From the NCBI GenBank assembly GCA_003551845.1, contig PUNQ01000056.1:1-54069 (forward strand): a stretch of DNA of 54,069 nt, in the 5' to 3' direction. Source of the stretch: Candidatus Nealsonbacteria bacterium. Its GTDB lineage: Bacteria > Patescibacteriota > Minisyncoccia > Minisyncoccales > PWPS01. Made by a program: the position numbers and the translations under genes. Below, in pieces: positions 30,018-39,359 of this stretch (the first letter of the stretch is position 1; the number at the start of each line of letters is the position of its first letter). The notes under the pieces were generated by a model. The model was not told the origin of the DNA, searched no databases, and saw only the letters and a list, made by a program, of their open reading frames with translations.

Positions 30018-31538
30018 TTACTCATTAAATTGAAACCACAATTTGGGATAATCTTGAAGATTATCTATAAACCAAATGGCAGTATCTTCATTTCCGTCAT
30101 GATTACCCTCTTCAACCATGTCCCAATCCACATTATTTGTTGTATAGGTGTCTATATCCTGCATCTCCGCTGTAGTTTTACCCGTTCCCATTTCTGATTG
30201 GGTGGTTTCGGAAGCTTCCGTATCCCAGAAATTGTCTATGTCATCAGTATCACCCTCTTTGCGACCACAAAAACCTCCAATGTTCGATTCTCCAACAGGC
30301 TCCCCGATAGAGTAGGAATTTTCAATAGAGGCGTCCCAAGCAAGTCCTACAAAGCCCCCGACACTGTCATCTCCATCTACATCACCCATAGCGTAAGAAT
30401 TTATAATATGACCATCCGTGTATCCCGCAAGTCCACCAACATTATCTTCTCCACTTACATCAGCTGCAGCATAAGAATTGACGATACTACCACCCTGCAT
30501 CTGCCCTACAATCCCACCCACATCCCGATCTCCACCATCTCCGGTTACGGCTCCTATCATATAAGAGTTATTAATCGTGGCATCACCATTGAAACTATGA
30601 AGGTCTCCCACCAAACCACCCGTGCGAGTTTCTCCATTTACGGTTCCTATCATATAAGAGTTATCAATAGTTCCTCCATACATACCACCTACAAAACTTC
30701 CAATTGCAGACCCTTCACCATTTACCTCACCCGTCATACCGAGATTTTTTATCGTTCCCCCATTGTCCAGCACAGAAAATAATGCTATATACCAAGTTTC
30801 CGTTTCGTGTCCGATATTTATGTTCTGAATTTCATGTCCCGCTCCGTCGAGATCACCTTCAAAAGCAGGAAGAGACCACCAAGAACCACCTATGGGAGTA
30901 AAATAATCATTGTAATGCTCACTCCAATCAATATCGTTGGTTAAGACATAAGAGTCATCCATCTGCCAATCGTCATATTTATCCGTAGGATTGCCTTCAT
31001 CATCTTCACCCGTACCCCAGTTATCACCATCTTCGTGACCGTAACCTATATTTTGCAAGTCGGCAGGGGATGACACCCTCCAAGAGCATGCTCCCAGAAA
31101 TATATCTTTATCTTTCTCCGCATGAAGAACCTCTACACACAGATCTCCGGTTGTGGGGCTTTTCCTTATTTTATAACCGGTTCCATCTTCGCCCGTCCCC
31201 ACTTTCGGGTCAACCGGTATTCTGTCAATATAAGTGGGAACCAATGAAGAAAGATCAACCAAACCTTCACAATCGGGATTTTCCAAATTCGTGTTACATA
31301 TTTCCGTAAGTTCCGAAGGTAAATCAATATCACCCCAGCTTCCTCTGTTTGTCATTCGATAATAATCCAAAGAAGTATATAAGCTCTTTATATGAGAATC
31401 ACGAGCCGTGTTTCTTATAGCGGCAAATCGGCCTCCGGGATTTAGAGTTATGATAACGGCACCGGTTAAAACGGCAATTATCCCGATAACTATGAGAAGT
31501 TCAATAAAAGTGAATCCTTTTTTGTCGTTTGAAAACAT
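30018..31538 (-). CDS. Type IV pilin-like protein with GLUG-repeat beta-helical domain
   Basis: KGFTFIELL prepilin motif; FEGDLDGAGHEIQN and repeated NSY..G.V.G...VGG.VG units. Confidence 0.88.
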   Translation of the reverse strand: MFSNDKKGFTFIELLIVIGIIAVLTGAVIITLNPGGRFAAIRNTARDSHIKSLYTSLDYYRMTNRGSWGDIDLPSELTEICNTNLENPDCEGLVDLSSLVPTYIDRIPVDPKVGTGEDGTGYKIRKSPTTGDLCVEVLHAEKDKDIFLGACSWRVSSPADLQNIGYGHEDGDNWGTGEDDEGNPTDKYDDWQMDDSYVLTNDIDWSEHYNDYFTPIGGSWWSLPAFEGDLDGAGHEIQNINIGHETETWYIALFSVLDNGGTIKNLGMTGEVNGEGSAIGSFVGGMYGGTIDNSYMIGTVNGETRTGGLVGDLHSFNGDATINNSYMIGAVTGDGGDRDVGGIVGQMQGGSIVNSYAAADVSGEDNVGGLAGYTDGHIINSYAMGDVDGDDSVGGFVGLAWDASIENSYSIGEPVGESNIGGFCGRKEGDTDDIDNFWDTEASETTQSEMGTGKTTAEMQDIDTYTTNNVDWDMVEEGNHDGNEDTAIWFIDNLQDYPKLWFQFNE

Positions 31539-31661
31539 CGATTATAAAAAATGTATATTGGTTAATTATAAATTAATTGCCTTTTAGCAGCAAATCCTTT
31601 AAGTTTCATAGCCCCATTTTAAGCCCAACGGGTGTAAAAAATTTGAAAGTATGTAAAAATT

Positions 31662-32513
31662 TTATTCGAATTGAATCCTCAAATTACCATCCCGAAAAGT
31701 CTTATGCAGATTTATCCCCAAATCTTCAAAAGTTTCCATCGTTTCTTCGTGAGGGTGTCCGTAACGGTTGTCTTTTCCCGCACTTATCAATGCAATTTCC
31801 GGAGAAACTTTTTTTATAAAATCATGATCCGAAGAAGTGGAAGAGCCGTGATGACCCACTTTCAGGACTTCCGAAGGAATCTCCATCACTCTGCACCATC
31901 CGTAATCCGCATCCCGACACTTTTTTTCCCATTCGAGTAATCTATTTTCCTGAGCTTTATAAGCGTCTCCCATAAAAAGAACCGCTCCGTCATCGTGAAT
32001 CAATCTGTTTATTACCGAGCTTTCATTAAGAGATTTTGAAAAATCATAATCTTCAACCGGATACAAGACATCCAGATAAGCGTTTCCCAGATCAACTCTC
32101 TGCCCTCTGTAAGCTTTCTTGCTTTTAACGCCTTCCAGGAGCATCTCCCACTCCCTGTAAAGCAGGCTGTCATGAGGCTGCTTATTCCATAGGACTTTTT
32201 CCACTTCATACTTTTCCAAAACGGCAACCAGTCCGGACAAGTGATCGGCGTGAGCATGGCTGAGAATCATCAAGTCAATCCTTCTGTCCCAAAAAGAAAG
32301 TTCCCGACTAAGGTGCGGAATTATCTTTTTCCCGGGCCCTCCGTCAATCAGGATGTTGTGTCCTTTTTCGGTTCTTATTAAGGCGGCATCTCCCTGGCCG
32401 ACGTCGAAAAAGACGACTTCCAGTTCTCTTTCTTTTCTCAAATCCAAAAAAATTGAAAGGGCAACTATATTGCAAAAAATCAAAAAGGCGATTAAGAGCT
32501 TTTTATTTTTCAT
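31662..32513 (-). CDS. ComEC/Rec2-type metallo-beta-lactamase-fold protein
   Basis: DVGQGD, LIDGG, SHAHADHLSG, KVGHHGS, NRYGHPH. Confidence 0.92.
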   Translation of the reverse strand: MKNKKLLIAFLIFCNIVALSIFLDLRKERELEVVFFDVGQGDAALIRTEKGHNILIDGGPGKKIIPHLSRELSFWDRRIDLMILSHAHADHLSGLVAVLEKYEVEKVLWNKQPHDSLLYREWEMLLEGVKSKKAYRGQRVDLGNAYLDVLYPVEDYDFSKSLNESSVINRLIHDDGAVLFMGDAYKAQENRLLEWEKKCRDADYGWCRVMEIPSEVLKVGHHGSSTSSDHDFIKKVSPEIALISAGKDNRYGHPHEETMETFEDLGINLHKTFRDGNLRIQFE

Positions 32514-32631
32514 CTCAATGTTTGCTTTTTATTCATATTACACCAAAAAAAGCTCTTTTCCAATTCGGATCCCTTAAACAACCAAAAACCACCGTGGTCG
32601 GTGGTCTTTGGAGGTAGAGAAACCTTTTAAA

Positions 32632-32793
32632 CTAATCGGCTTTCCCGAGGATCCTGAACATTTTAGTTCCACATTCAGGGCATTTTCCGGAAAGAGCTCT
32701 TCTTTTGGTTCCGCCCTTTCCTTTCATTACAACTTCTTTTTCGTCATCCATTTCTCTTTTCGCTTTACATTTTACACAATATGCTTCAGACAT
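32632..32793 (-). CDS. Small zinc-ribbon protein (DUF5679-like), missed by the ORF track
   Basis: Manual translation: MSEAYCVKCKAKREMDDEKEVVMKGKGGTKRRALSGKCPECGTKMFRILGKAD* (53 aa), followed by a terminator hairpin near 32586-32606. Confidence 0.85.
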   Translation of the reverse strand: MSEAYCVKCKAKREMDDEKEVVMKGKGGTKRRALSGKCPECGTKMFRILGKAD

Positions 32794-32910
32794 TATTTTT
32801 AGAAATTGATTTTTCCAAGCCGACCTTTATTGACTCGCACAAAAAATTCAAGTTCATTTGTACGAGATTTAACTTGACTTGAGGTTATTATATATAAAGC
32901 TAATAAAAAA

Positions 32911-34065
32911 TCAAGTTAAAACACGTTTATTTTCAATGGCTTGCCCCTTCAGGTCTTCGAGATCCAGCTCTTCATCCAGCTTCAAAACCTCTTCAAGGTC
33001 GGCATTGGTTTCCGGTCTGCGGGGATTAAAAAGAGTACAGCAATCCTGATCGGGGAGAATGGAAATATCATAAGTCCCTATCTCTTTGGCAATTGAAATT
33101 ATTTCTTCTTTGTTTTCCCCTACGAGGGGTCTGAGGACGGGCAATTCGGTGGCCTGCTCCGTTGCTCGCATGTTGAGAAGGGTTTGAGAGGAAACTTGCC
33201 CCAAACTCTCCCCGGTAACCAAAGCGGACGCAGATCGACTGTCAGCTATTTTCGTAGCAATCTCAAGCATTACTCTCCTATAAAATATTATCCTGAATTT
33301 TTCCGGAATCTCCAACTTTATCCTTTTTTGCACTTCCCCGAAAGGAATTAATAGCAGTTTCGATTCGGGAGAATATCTTTTCAAGACTTCAAATATTTTT
33401 TCACTTTTTTTTATCGAATCATCGGATAAAAGCGGGTAGGCGTGGAAATGGACGTAATCGAGCCCCAATCCCCGCTTCATCATTTTGAACCCGGCCACCG
33501 GAGAATCTATTCCTCCGGAAAGGAGCATTATCGCTTTTCCGCTCGAGTAAACCGGCAAGCCTCCGTAACCTTTTACTTTCTTAAAATATATGTAGCTTCC
33601 GTTACGAGTAATTTCCACGCTGATATTGAGGTCAAAATTCTCCAAATCAACATTCCATCCGAATCTTTCAACTATCGTCGCCCCGATTTTTCGACTTACT
33701 TCCGGAGAATCGAGGGGAAAACTCTTATCCGATCTTTTAGTGGTCACTCGAAAAGATTGAGGAGAAAAGCCTCCATCATCCAAAATCCGTATCACCTCTT
33801 TTTTTATTTTTTCCAGATCGGATTCCGTTTTTTGGGCGAATGAAAAATAAGCCAATCCAAAAACTTTTAAAAGTCTGTCTTCAATTTCACCTTTTTCAGC
33901 TTGATCGGTGAGTTTTGCCACCACCCTTCCTTCCGGCCTTTTTACCGACTCCAAAAAGCAATCCGGAAGAGCCGATTTTATATTGGAAACCAATCTTTTT
34001 TCAAAAAGACTTCTGTTTTTTCCTTTCAGCCCTATCTCAGAATAATGGCAAAGAAGATAATTCAT
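32911..34065 (-). CDS. thiI: tRNA 4-thiouridine synthase (no rhodanese domain)
   Basis: YSEIGLKGKNR, THUMP region, LLSGGIDSPVA, TGESLGQVSSQT, LRPL, DCC. Confidence 0.95.
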   Translation of the reverse strand: MNYLLCHYSEIGLKGKNRSLFEKRLVSNIKSALPDCFLESVKRPEGRVVAKLTDQAEKGEIEDRLLKVFGLAYFSFAQKTESDLEKIKKEVIRILDDGGFSPQSFRVTTKRSDKSFPLDSPEVSRKIGATIVERFGWNVDLENFDLNISVEITRNGSYIYFKKVKGYGGLPVYSSGKAIMLLSGGIDSPVAGFKMMKRGLGLDYVHFHAYPLLSDDSIKKSEKIFEVLKRYSPESKLLLIPFGEVQKRIKLEIPEKFRIIFYRRVMLEIATKIADSRSASALVTGESLGQVSSQTLLNMRATEQATELPVLRPLVGENKEEIISIAKEIGTYDISILPDQDCCTLFNPRRPETNADLEEVLKLDEELDLEDLKGQAIENKRVLT

Positions 34066-34265
34066 TCTGCATCTTGATTTAGCTCTTCCAAAATCTTTTC
34101 CAAGTCAAGGCCGTACTTTTGAGCAACGTCACCTATTTTCAGATATTGAATTTCCATTGAGGCCATTGCGCATCCCAAACAAGGAACTCCGTACTTGGCA
34201 AGAACCCTCCTTCCTTCCGGATGCTTTAAAATTTCTTCCAATGTAGAGTCTTGGTTTACTTTCAT
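34062..34265 (-). CDS. DUF1858 domain protein
   Basis: 67 aa, HPE...GVPCLGCAMA..E. Confidence 0.8.
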   Translation of the reverse strand: MKVNQDSTLEEILKHPEGRRVLAKYGVPCLGCAMASMEIQYLKIGDVAQKYGLDLEKILEELNQDAE

Positions 34266-34278
34266 CTTAATTTTAAGC

Positions 34279-35301
34279 TTAATTAATAATTCCTCCTCCC
34301 AAAAGTTGATTCCCTTTATAAAAAACTATCGACTGTCCTCCGGCTATCGCCGTTTGAGGCGCGGAGAATTCAAACTTTTTTTGATTTAAAACTCCCCTCC
34401 CTCTCGGTGCATTATATCTTATCTTCGCCTCCGCCGACAAGGGAAAATCGATGTCTTCAAAAAAATTTTCTTCTCTGAAACAAACCTCTTTTTTTTCCAG
34501 TTCGGATCTATTTTTGGTAACCACCAAGACATTTCTTTTTATATCTTTTTCCAAAACGTAATAAGGGCCACCGGAAAGACCGATTCCCTTTCTTTGTCCG
34601 ATGGTATAAACGGGAAGACCTACGTGGGTCCCCAATTTTTTTCCCTCCGTATTCTCTATATCTCCCGGATAAAGGTTCAACCGCCCTTCCAGATAACTTT
34701 TCAAATTTCTATCCACAAAACAGACTTCCTGTGATTCCCGTACCGAAGCAGTCGGCAAATTAAGCTCATGAGCTTTTTCTCTAACCTCCATCTTGGTTAG
34801 CTCGGCAAGTGGAAAGAGCGATTTTTTCAGCAGTTTCTTCTCCAGTGCCCATAAAAAATAACTTTGATCTTTTTCTTCATCTTCGGCAACGAAAATCTTT
34901 CCGTCTTCGGTTTTTGCATAATGGCCCGTAGCTATGAACGAGGCATTAAAATCCCTCAATTTATCGAAAAGGACTTTGAATTTAACTCGCTTATTACAAA
35001 CTATGCACGGGTTGGGAGTTTCCCCTTGCTGATAACTTTTTAAAAAATATTCAATAACTATATTCCTGAATTTTTCCCTAACATCAATCAAATAAAAAGG
35101 GGTTTTTAATTTTTGGCAAACTTTTCGAGCCCTCCTTTCCGCCTCGGATCCGCAACAATCATTATTTCTTTTTTGAAATTTTAAAAAAACCGCAACGGGT
35201 GAAAATCCTCTTTCTTTCAAAAGAGCTAAAGACACGGAGGAATCGACCCCTCCGGAAACACCCACGACTACTTTTCTATTTTTTTGACTCATAATCTTCA
35301 A
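34279..35301 (-). CDS. mnmA: tRNA 2-thiouridylase MnmA
   Basis: SGGVDSS, TPNPCIVCN, TGHYA, KDQSYFL, ESQEVCF, TIGQRKG; the start may be at 35292. Confidence 0.95.
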   Translation of the reverse strand: MKIMSQKNRKVVVGVSGGVDSSVSLALLKERGFSPVAVFLKFQKRNNDCCGSEAERRARKVCQKLKTPFYLIDVREKFRNIVIEYFLKSYQQGETPNPCIVCNKRVKFKVLFDKLRDFNASFIATGHYAKTEDGKIFVAEDEEKDQSYFLWALEKKLLKKSLFPLAELTKMEVREKAHELNLPTASVRESQEVCFVDRNLKSYLEGRLNLYPGDIENTEGKKLGTHVGLPVYTIGQRKGIGLSGGPYYVLEKDIKRNVLVVTKNRSELEKKEVCFREENFFEDIDFPLSAEAKIRYNAPRGRGVLNQKKFEFSAPQTAIAGGQSIVFYKGNQLLGGGIIN

Positions 35302-35650
35302 CCGCCGCCTTCAGCCCTTTTTGAGCCAGATCGGCACAATGAACTTTGGTTTGCGGCAAAGAGCCCAGATTATCAACCAAATCTTGGAAGGTTATTTTTA
35401 AAGCATCTTCTATTTTTTTCCCTTGAGCCATTTCACAAATCATATCCGAAGTGGCAATAGCGGCAGCACAACCAAGAGTCTTAAAACGCATCTCCTTAAT
35501 AGTGTCGTCTTTCACTTTTATGTAAATGGTCATCAGGTCACCGCAACGGGGATTACCCACCTCTCCGACTCCGTCAGCATCCTCAATTTCTCCCATATTT
35601 TCCGGATTAAGAAAATGCTTCATCGCTTTATCAGAATAACTTTTCTTCAT
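35276..35650 (-). CDS. iscU: IscU/NifU-type Fe-S scaffold
   Basis: GNPRCGD, GCAAAIA, KVHC. Confidence 0.93.
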   Translation of the reverse strand: MKKSYSDKAMKHFLNPENMGEIEDADGVGEVGNPRCGDLMTIYIKVKDDTIKEMRFKTLGCAAAIATSDMICEMAQGKKIEDALKITFQDLVDNLGSLPQTKVHCADLAQKGLKAAVEDYESKK

Positions 35651-35689
35651 AATTGTTTTTATTTTATATTTTTCATCGGAAATCGAAGC

Positions 35690-36838
35690 TTATCTTCCCG
35701 ATATCTTTCTTAACGAAGTTATAATTTTCGGTAAAAGCTCTAAAAAGAAATCGATATCTTTTTTGGTCGTATTTCTTCCCAAAGAAACTCTCAGAGAGCT
35801 ATGCGCTTCAAGATCTTTCAGCCCTATTGCCCTGAGTACATGTGAAGCTTCCAGATTGTTACTCGAGCAAGCTGAACCCGTTGAAACGGCAACACCCTCC
35901 TGATCAAACATCAATACGATCGATTCGCCTTCCGCTCCCTCAAAGCTGAAGTTGGCATTATTGGAGAGTCTTCTCTTTCTCGGTCCGTTGAGCGAGGTTC
36001 CTTTTAATTTTAAGACTTGATCAATCAGATAATCTCTCAGTTTTTCGGTTTTTTCTTTTTCCCTCTCCTTCTCAATAAGTTCCACCGCCTTGCCCATCCC
36101 TACAATTAAGGGAGTGTTGTAGGTTCCCGATCTGATACCCATTTCTTGTCCTCCTCCAAAGATTATGGGGTCGATATCCACCGAAGAATTTTTGTAGAGT
36201 GCACCAATGCCTTTGGGTCCGTAAATTTTGTGACCACTCAAGGTTAATCCGTCAACATTCAAGCTATCGACATCACAATTCAAATAACCCGCAGCTTGTG
36301 CCGCATCGGTATGAAAACGTATCTTTCTCTCTCTGTCTTTATTTTTTTTCGAGATCAGCTCACCCATCTTTTTTATCTCTTGTATAGCTCCAATTTCATT
36401 ATTGGCATACATTATGGAAACCAAAACCGTCTTTTCATTTATTGCTTCTTCCAAATCTTCAAGGCTTACAAAGCCGTTTTTGTCAACCGGCAAAACGGTG
36501 AAGTCGGCTCCGGATTCTTTTACGGTTTCCAAAACGGCATCATGCTCTATGGGAGAGGTTATTACATGAGAATCCTCATATGAGTTCAAGACTCCTAAAA
36601 TAAAAATATTATTGGCTTCAGTAGCCGAACCGGTAAATATAATTTCTTCGGCTTCACAATTTAAAAAATCGGCTACTTTTTGGCGTGCATCATCTATTCC
36701 GACCCTCGCTTCCTGACCGAACGAATGAATTGAAGAAGGGTTTCCGTATTTTTCGTTAAAATAAGGCTCCATCGCCTTCAAAACCTTTTCATCCACGGGA
36801 GTCGTGGAAGCGTTGTCCAGATATATTTTTTTATTCAT
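35690..36838 (-). CDS. iscS: Cysteine desulfurase (IscS/NifS type)
   Basis: YLDNASTT, GNPSS, HTDAAQ, SGHKIYGPKG, STGSACSS. Confidence 0.96.
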   Translation of the reverse strand: MNKKIYLDNASTTPVDEKVLKAMEPYFNEKYGNPSSIHSFGQEARVGIDDARQKVADFLNCEAEEIIFTGSATEANNIFILGVLNSYEDSHVITSPIEHDAVLETVKESGADFTVLPVDKNGFVSLEDLEEAINEKTVLVSIMYANNEIGAIQEIKKMGELISKKNKDRERKIRFHTDAAQAAGYLNCDVDSLNVDGLTLSGHKIYGPKGIGALYKNSSVDIDPIIFGGGQEMGIRSGTYNTPLIVGMGKAVELIEKEREKEKTEKLRDYLIDQVLKLKGTSLNGPRKRRLSNNANFSFEGAEGESIVLMFDQEGVAVSTGSACSSNNLEASHVLRAIGLKDLEAHSSLRVSLGRNTTKKDIDFFLELLPKIITSLRKISGR

Positions 36839-36844
36839 AATGAC

Positions 36845-37240
36845 TTATTTGTTTTTATCAACTATGCTTTTTACGGTAATTAATTCCAGCTTACTTTTAA
36901 CTTCTTGATCCAATCTTTTCCAGGTCGGAGCAACGGGACAGTCGGTAATCCTTTTACAGCTTTCATCAATACACTCAACCAAAGAAAGATTGGCTTCCAA
37001 GCTTTCAAGAATCATTCTTAAATTTATCTTTTCCGGCTTCATGGCCAGGGCGTAGCCACCGGAAGGGCCTCTTTTGGATTTTACGAAACCGGCCTTTTCC
37101 AGCTCAGTAAAAATTTTCTCCAAATAGTCGGGTGAAATTTCCTCTTTTTCTGCAACTTCCTTCATTGTCAGATACTCATCGGATTCGGCTAACCTGAAAA
37201 GCCCCCTTAATCCGTATTGTGATTTTTTTGATATCTTCAT
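36845..37240 (-). CDS. iscR: Rrf2 family regulator (IscR-like)
   Basis: Start MKISKK at 37240; YLEKIF, SKRGPSGGY, three Cys (ECIDESC...DC); first gene of the isc operon. Confidence 0.8.
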   Translation of the reverse strand: MKISKKSQYGLRGLFRLAESDEYLTMKEVAEKEEISPDYLEKIFTELEKAGFVKSKRGPSGGYALAMKPEKINLRMILESLEANLSLVECIDESCKRITDCPVAPTWKRLDQEVKSKLELITVKSIVDKNK

Positions 37241-37271
37241 AGATTGTAGATCATGGGGGGTAACAATTAAA

Positions 37272-37327
37272 AAAACCGACTGTAACACTCGGTATTATGA
37301 TAGCAGACCGATTAGAGTTAGTCAATC
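37272..37327. promoter_or_regulatory. Tandem IscR type-1-like operators around the operon promoter
   Basis: Minus strand ATTGACTAACTCTAATCGGTC and ATACCGAGTGTTACAGTCGGTT, with promoter TTGACT-17-TATCAT. Confidence 0.65.
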
Positions 37328-37347
37328 ATCAATTTTATTCCTAAAAA

Positions 37348-38175
37348 TCAATCAATTCGAAAGCAATGCTTGCAAATTTCTCTTTCCGGTTTTCCGGAAA
37401 GAAGATCTTTTTTTACATTTTTAAAACTTTCATCTCTCCATATTTTTAAAAGATTTTTTTCTTTCACATTTCCGAATTTATTTTCAGAAAAATAATCATC
37501 AAAACAAAGAATTACATTTCCATCCACATCCACGGTAAGTTGCAAACTGGGGAATATGCAGCTGGTTTTAACTTCTTTATTTTCAACCTCCAAAAGCCCC
37601 CCTCTCGTGGAGAGTATCCTTTCCGTTATCTTTTTTTTAATAACGGTATTTTTACCACCGGTCATCTTTTTAATCTTTTGATATTTTTTATTCACATTCT
37701 CTCCATGAAGTGAAACAGCCAACAAAACATCATTTTCTTTTAATCTTTTATAAAGTTTTTCGGTCAGCATATCACCATTGGTATAAATAATTATTTTCGC
37801 CTTTTTCAATTTTTTTCGAACATAGCGAACATGCCTGACGATATCATCATCAAGCAGAGGCTCATAATACCCACTGAAGCAAACTTTTTCAGAATAATTG
37901 ATATTTTCCAATTCTCTTACTATTTTTTTAAAAATTTTGAAACTCATTTTTCTTTCATCATTCTTTTCGGGAAATTTCGATTTGGGGCAATAACTACATT
38001 TCCTGTTACATCTTCTTCCCAGCTCTATATTGATTTGATTAAAAATTCTTCCGTCTCCATATTTAATTTTGTTTTTAATTCGAATAAAAAAAAGGTATGC
38101 TTTTGCCAAAAAGCTTCTCAGTGCTCCGTTCACTCTTTTTGATTGGCGAATAATTATTTCATCTATAATTTTCAT
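37348..38175 (-). CDS. Radical SAM protein with SPASM/twitch domain
   Basis: CNRKCSYC, YEPLLD, TNG; C-terminal CIFP...CFDD...CKHC. Confidence 0.9.
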   Translation of the reverse strand: MKIIDEIIIRQSKRVNGALRSFLAKAYLFFIRIKNKIKYGDGRIFNQINIELGRRCNRKCSYCPKSKFPEKNDERKMSFKIFKKIVRELENINYSEKVCFSGYYEPLLDDDIVRHVRYVRKKLKKAKIIIYTNGDMLTEKLYKRLKENDVLLAVSLHGENVNKKYQKIKKMTGGKNTVIKKKITERILSTRGGLLEVENKEVKTSCIFPSLQLTVDVDGNVILCFDDYFSENKFGNVKEKNLLKIWRDESFKNVKKDLLSGKPEREICKHCFRID

Positions 38176-39359
38176 CTTGAAATTTTGTTTATCTTTTCAG
38201 CTATCTTTTTCACCTCTTTATTTTTAAGTCCGCAATAAAGAGGAAGCTGAATGATGCTGTCATAAACACTCTCCGCTTTTTTAAAATTTTTATCTTCAAC
38301 ACAAAGATCCATTATCTCATCTTCAATTGCTATGTCGACACCTTCGGAAAACATCTTTTTACTTATGATCTTACTGTCTTTGTCCGTTTTTAAAATTAAA
38401 AAATAGTTTGAATACTCCGAATTCATTCCCGATGGCCTTTCATCAAGAAGTTTTTTGCTAAGATTGACTTCATAGGTTTCAAGCTTATTTTTAATTTTTT
38501 GCTGTCTCTCTTCGAAAGATTTAAGTTCTGTGTTTCCGATAAAAGAAAGGAATGGGGATAATTTTTCTTTTTTCCAGTTTTTTTTATGAGAATTATGGAT
38601 TTTTTTTATTGTTTTCTTAATTTTTTTATTTTTCAGGAAAAACTTCAACAATCTGATAATGGGGGTTTTTAAAACTAATAACAAAAAATAATAATAAAAA
38701 ACCTTCTTTAAAGTCTCTCTTTTCTTCATTTCTTCATATCCGGAATAATCTTTTTCTATCTTTTTAAGATATTCTTTCTTCCCGACCAGCAAAGCGCCTC
38801 CTTCAAGTGTTTTTAGCGTCTTTATGTAGTTAAAGCTGAAAAGTGCAAAGTCGCCGAAAATTCCCAGGCTTTTGTTCTCGTACTCGGATCCGAAAGAGTG
38901 GGCGCAATCCTCTATTATTAAAATGTCTTCTTTCTTGTCTTTCACCTTTGCAATGAAATCATCGACATCCCCACATATTCCGAACATGTGCGATAAAATA
39001 ATAAAACGAGTATCTTCCGATATTTTTTCCAAAACATCTTCAAGGTCATTGGATAAATTGTTCTCATCTATATCGCAAAAGACGGGAACGAGCCCCTTTG
39101 ATTTGAAAATCGGAATTAGTACTTTTAAATAATAGTTGGGAACTATGATTTCCGAACCGGATTCATACGGAACATTATCAAAAATAAGATGAAAAGATTG
39201 TCTGCCGCCTCCCAGCAAAAAAATATTTTCACTCGAAAGATATTCCTGAAGACCGGCCCTGAATTTTTCCGGATAGACTTTCTTTTTTTTATCCTTAATC
39301 CAATCAACAATAATCGGGGCCAGGTTATTATACAAACTTATGTCTCTTCTCGGAATCAT
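38172..39359 (-). CDS. DegT/DnrJ/EryC1/StrS PLP-dependent sugar aminotransferase
   Basis: PVFCDID, HMFG, IEDCAHSFG, FSFNYIK...EGG, LPLY. Confidence 0.88.
   Translation of the reverse strand: MIPRRDISLYNNLAPIIVDWIKDKKKKVYPEKFRAGLQEYLSSENIFLLGGGRQSFHLIFDNVPYESGSEIIVPNYYLKVLIPIFKSKGLVPVFCDIDENNLSNDLEDVLEKISEDTRFIILSHMFGICGDVDDFIAKVKDKKEDILIIEDCAHSFGSEYENKSLGIFGDFALFSFNYIKTLKTLEGGALLVGKKEYLKKIEKDYSGYEEMKKRETLKKVFYYYFLLLVLKTPIIRLLKFFLKNKKIKKTIKKIHNSHKKNWKKEKLSPFLSFIGNTELKSFEERQQKIKNKLETYEVNLSKKLLDERPSGMNSEYSNYFLILKTDKDSKIISKKMFSEGVDIAIEDEIMDLCVEDKNFKKAESVYDSIIQLPLYCGLKNKEVKKIAEKINKISR

Noticed and set aside
30300-30720. DNA repeats inside the pilin-GLUG gene as a mobile or array element
   Set aside because: Explained by in-frame GLUG protein repeats (NSYMIG.V.G)
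26409-31538. Complete diversity-generating retroelement
   Set aside because: No reverse transcriptase, and no template-repeat copy of the FISUMP 3' end seen in the intergenic regions I compared
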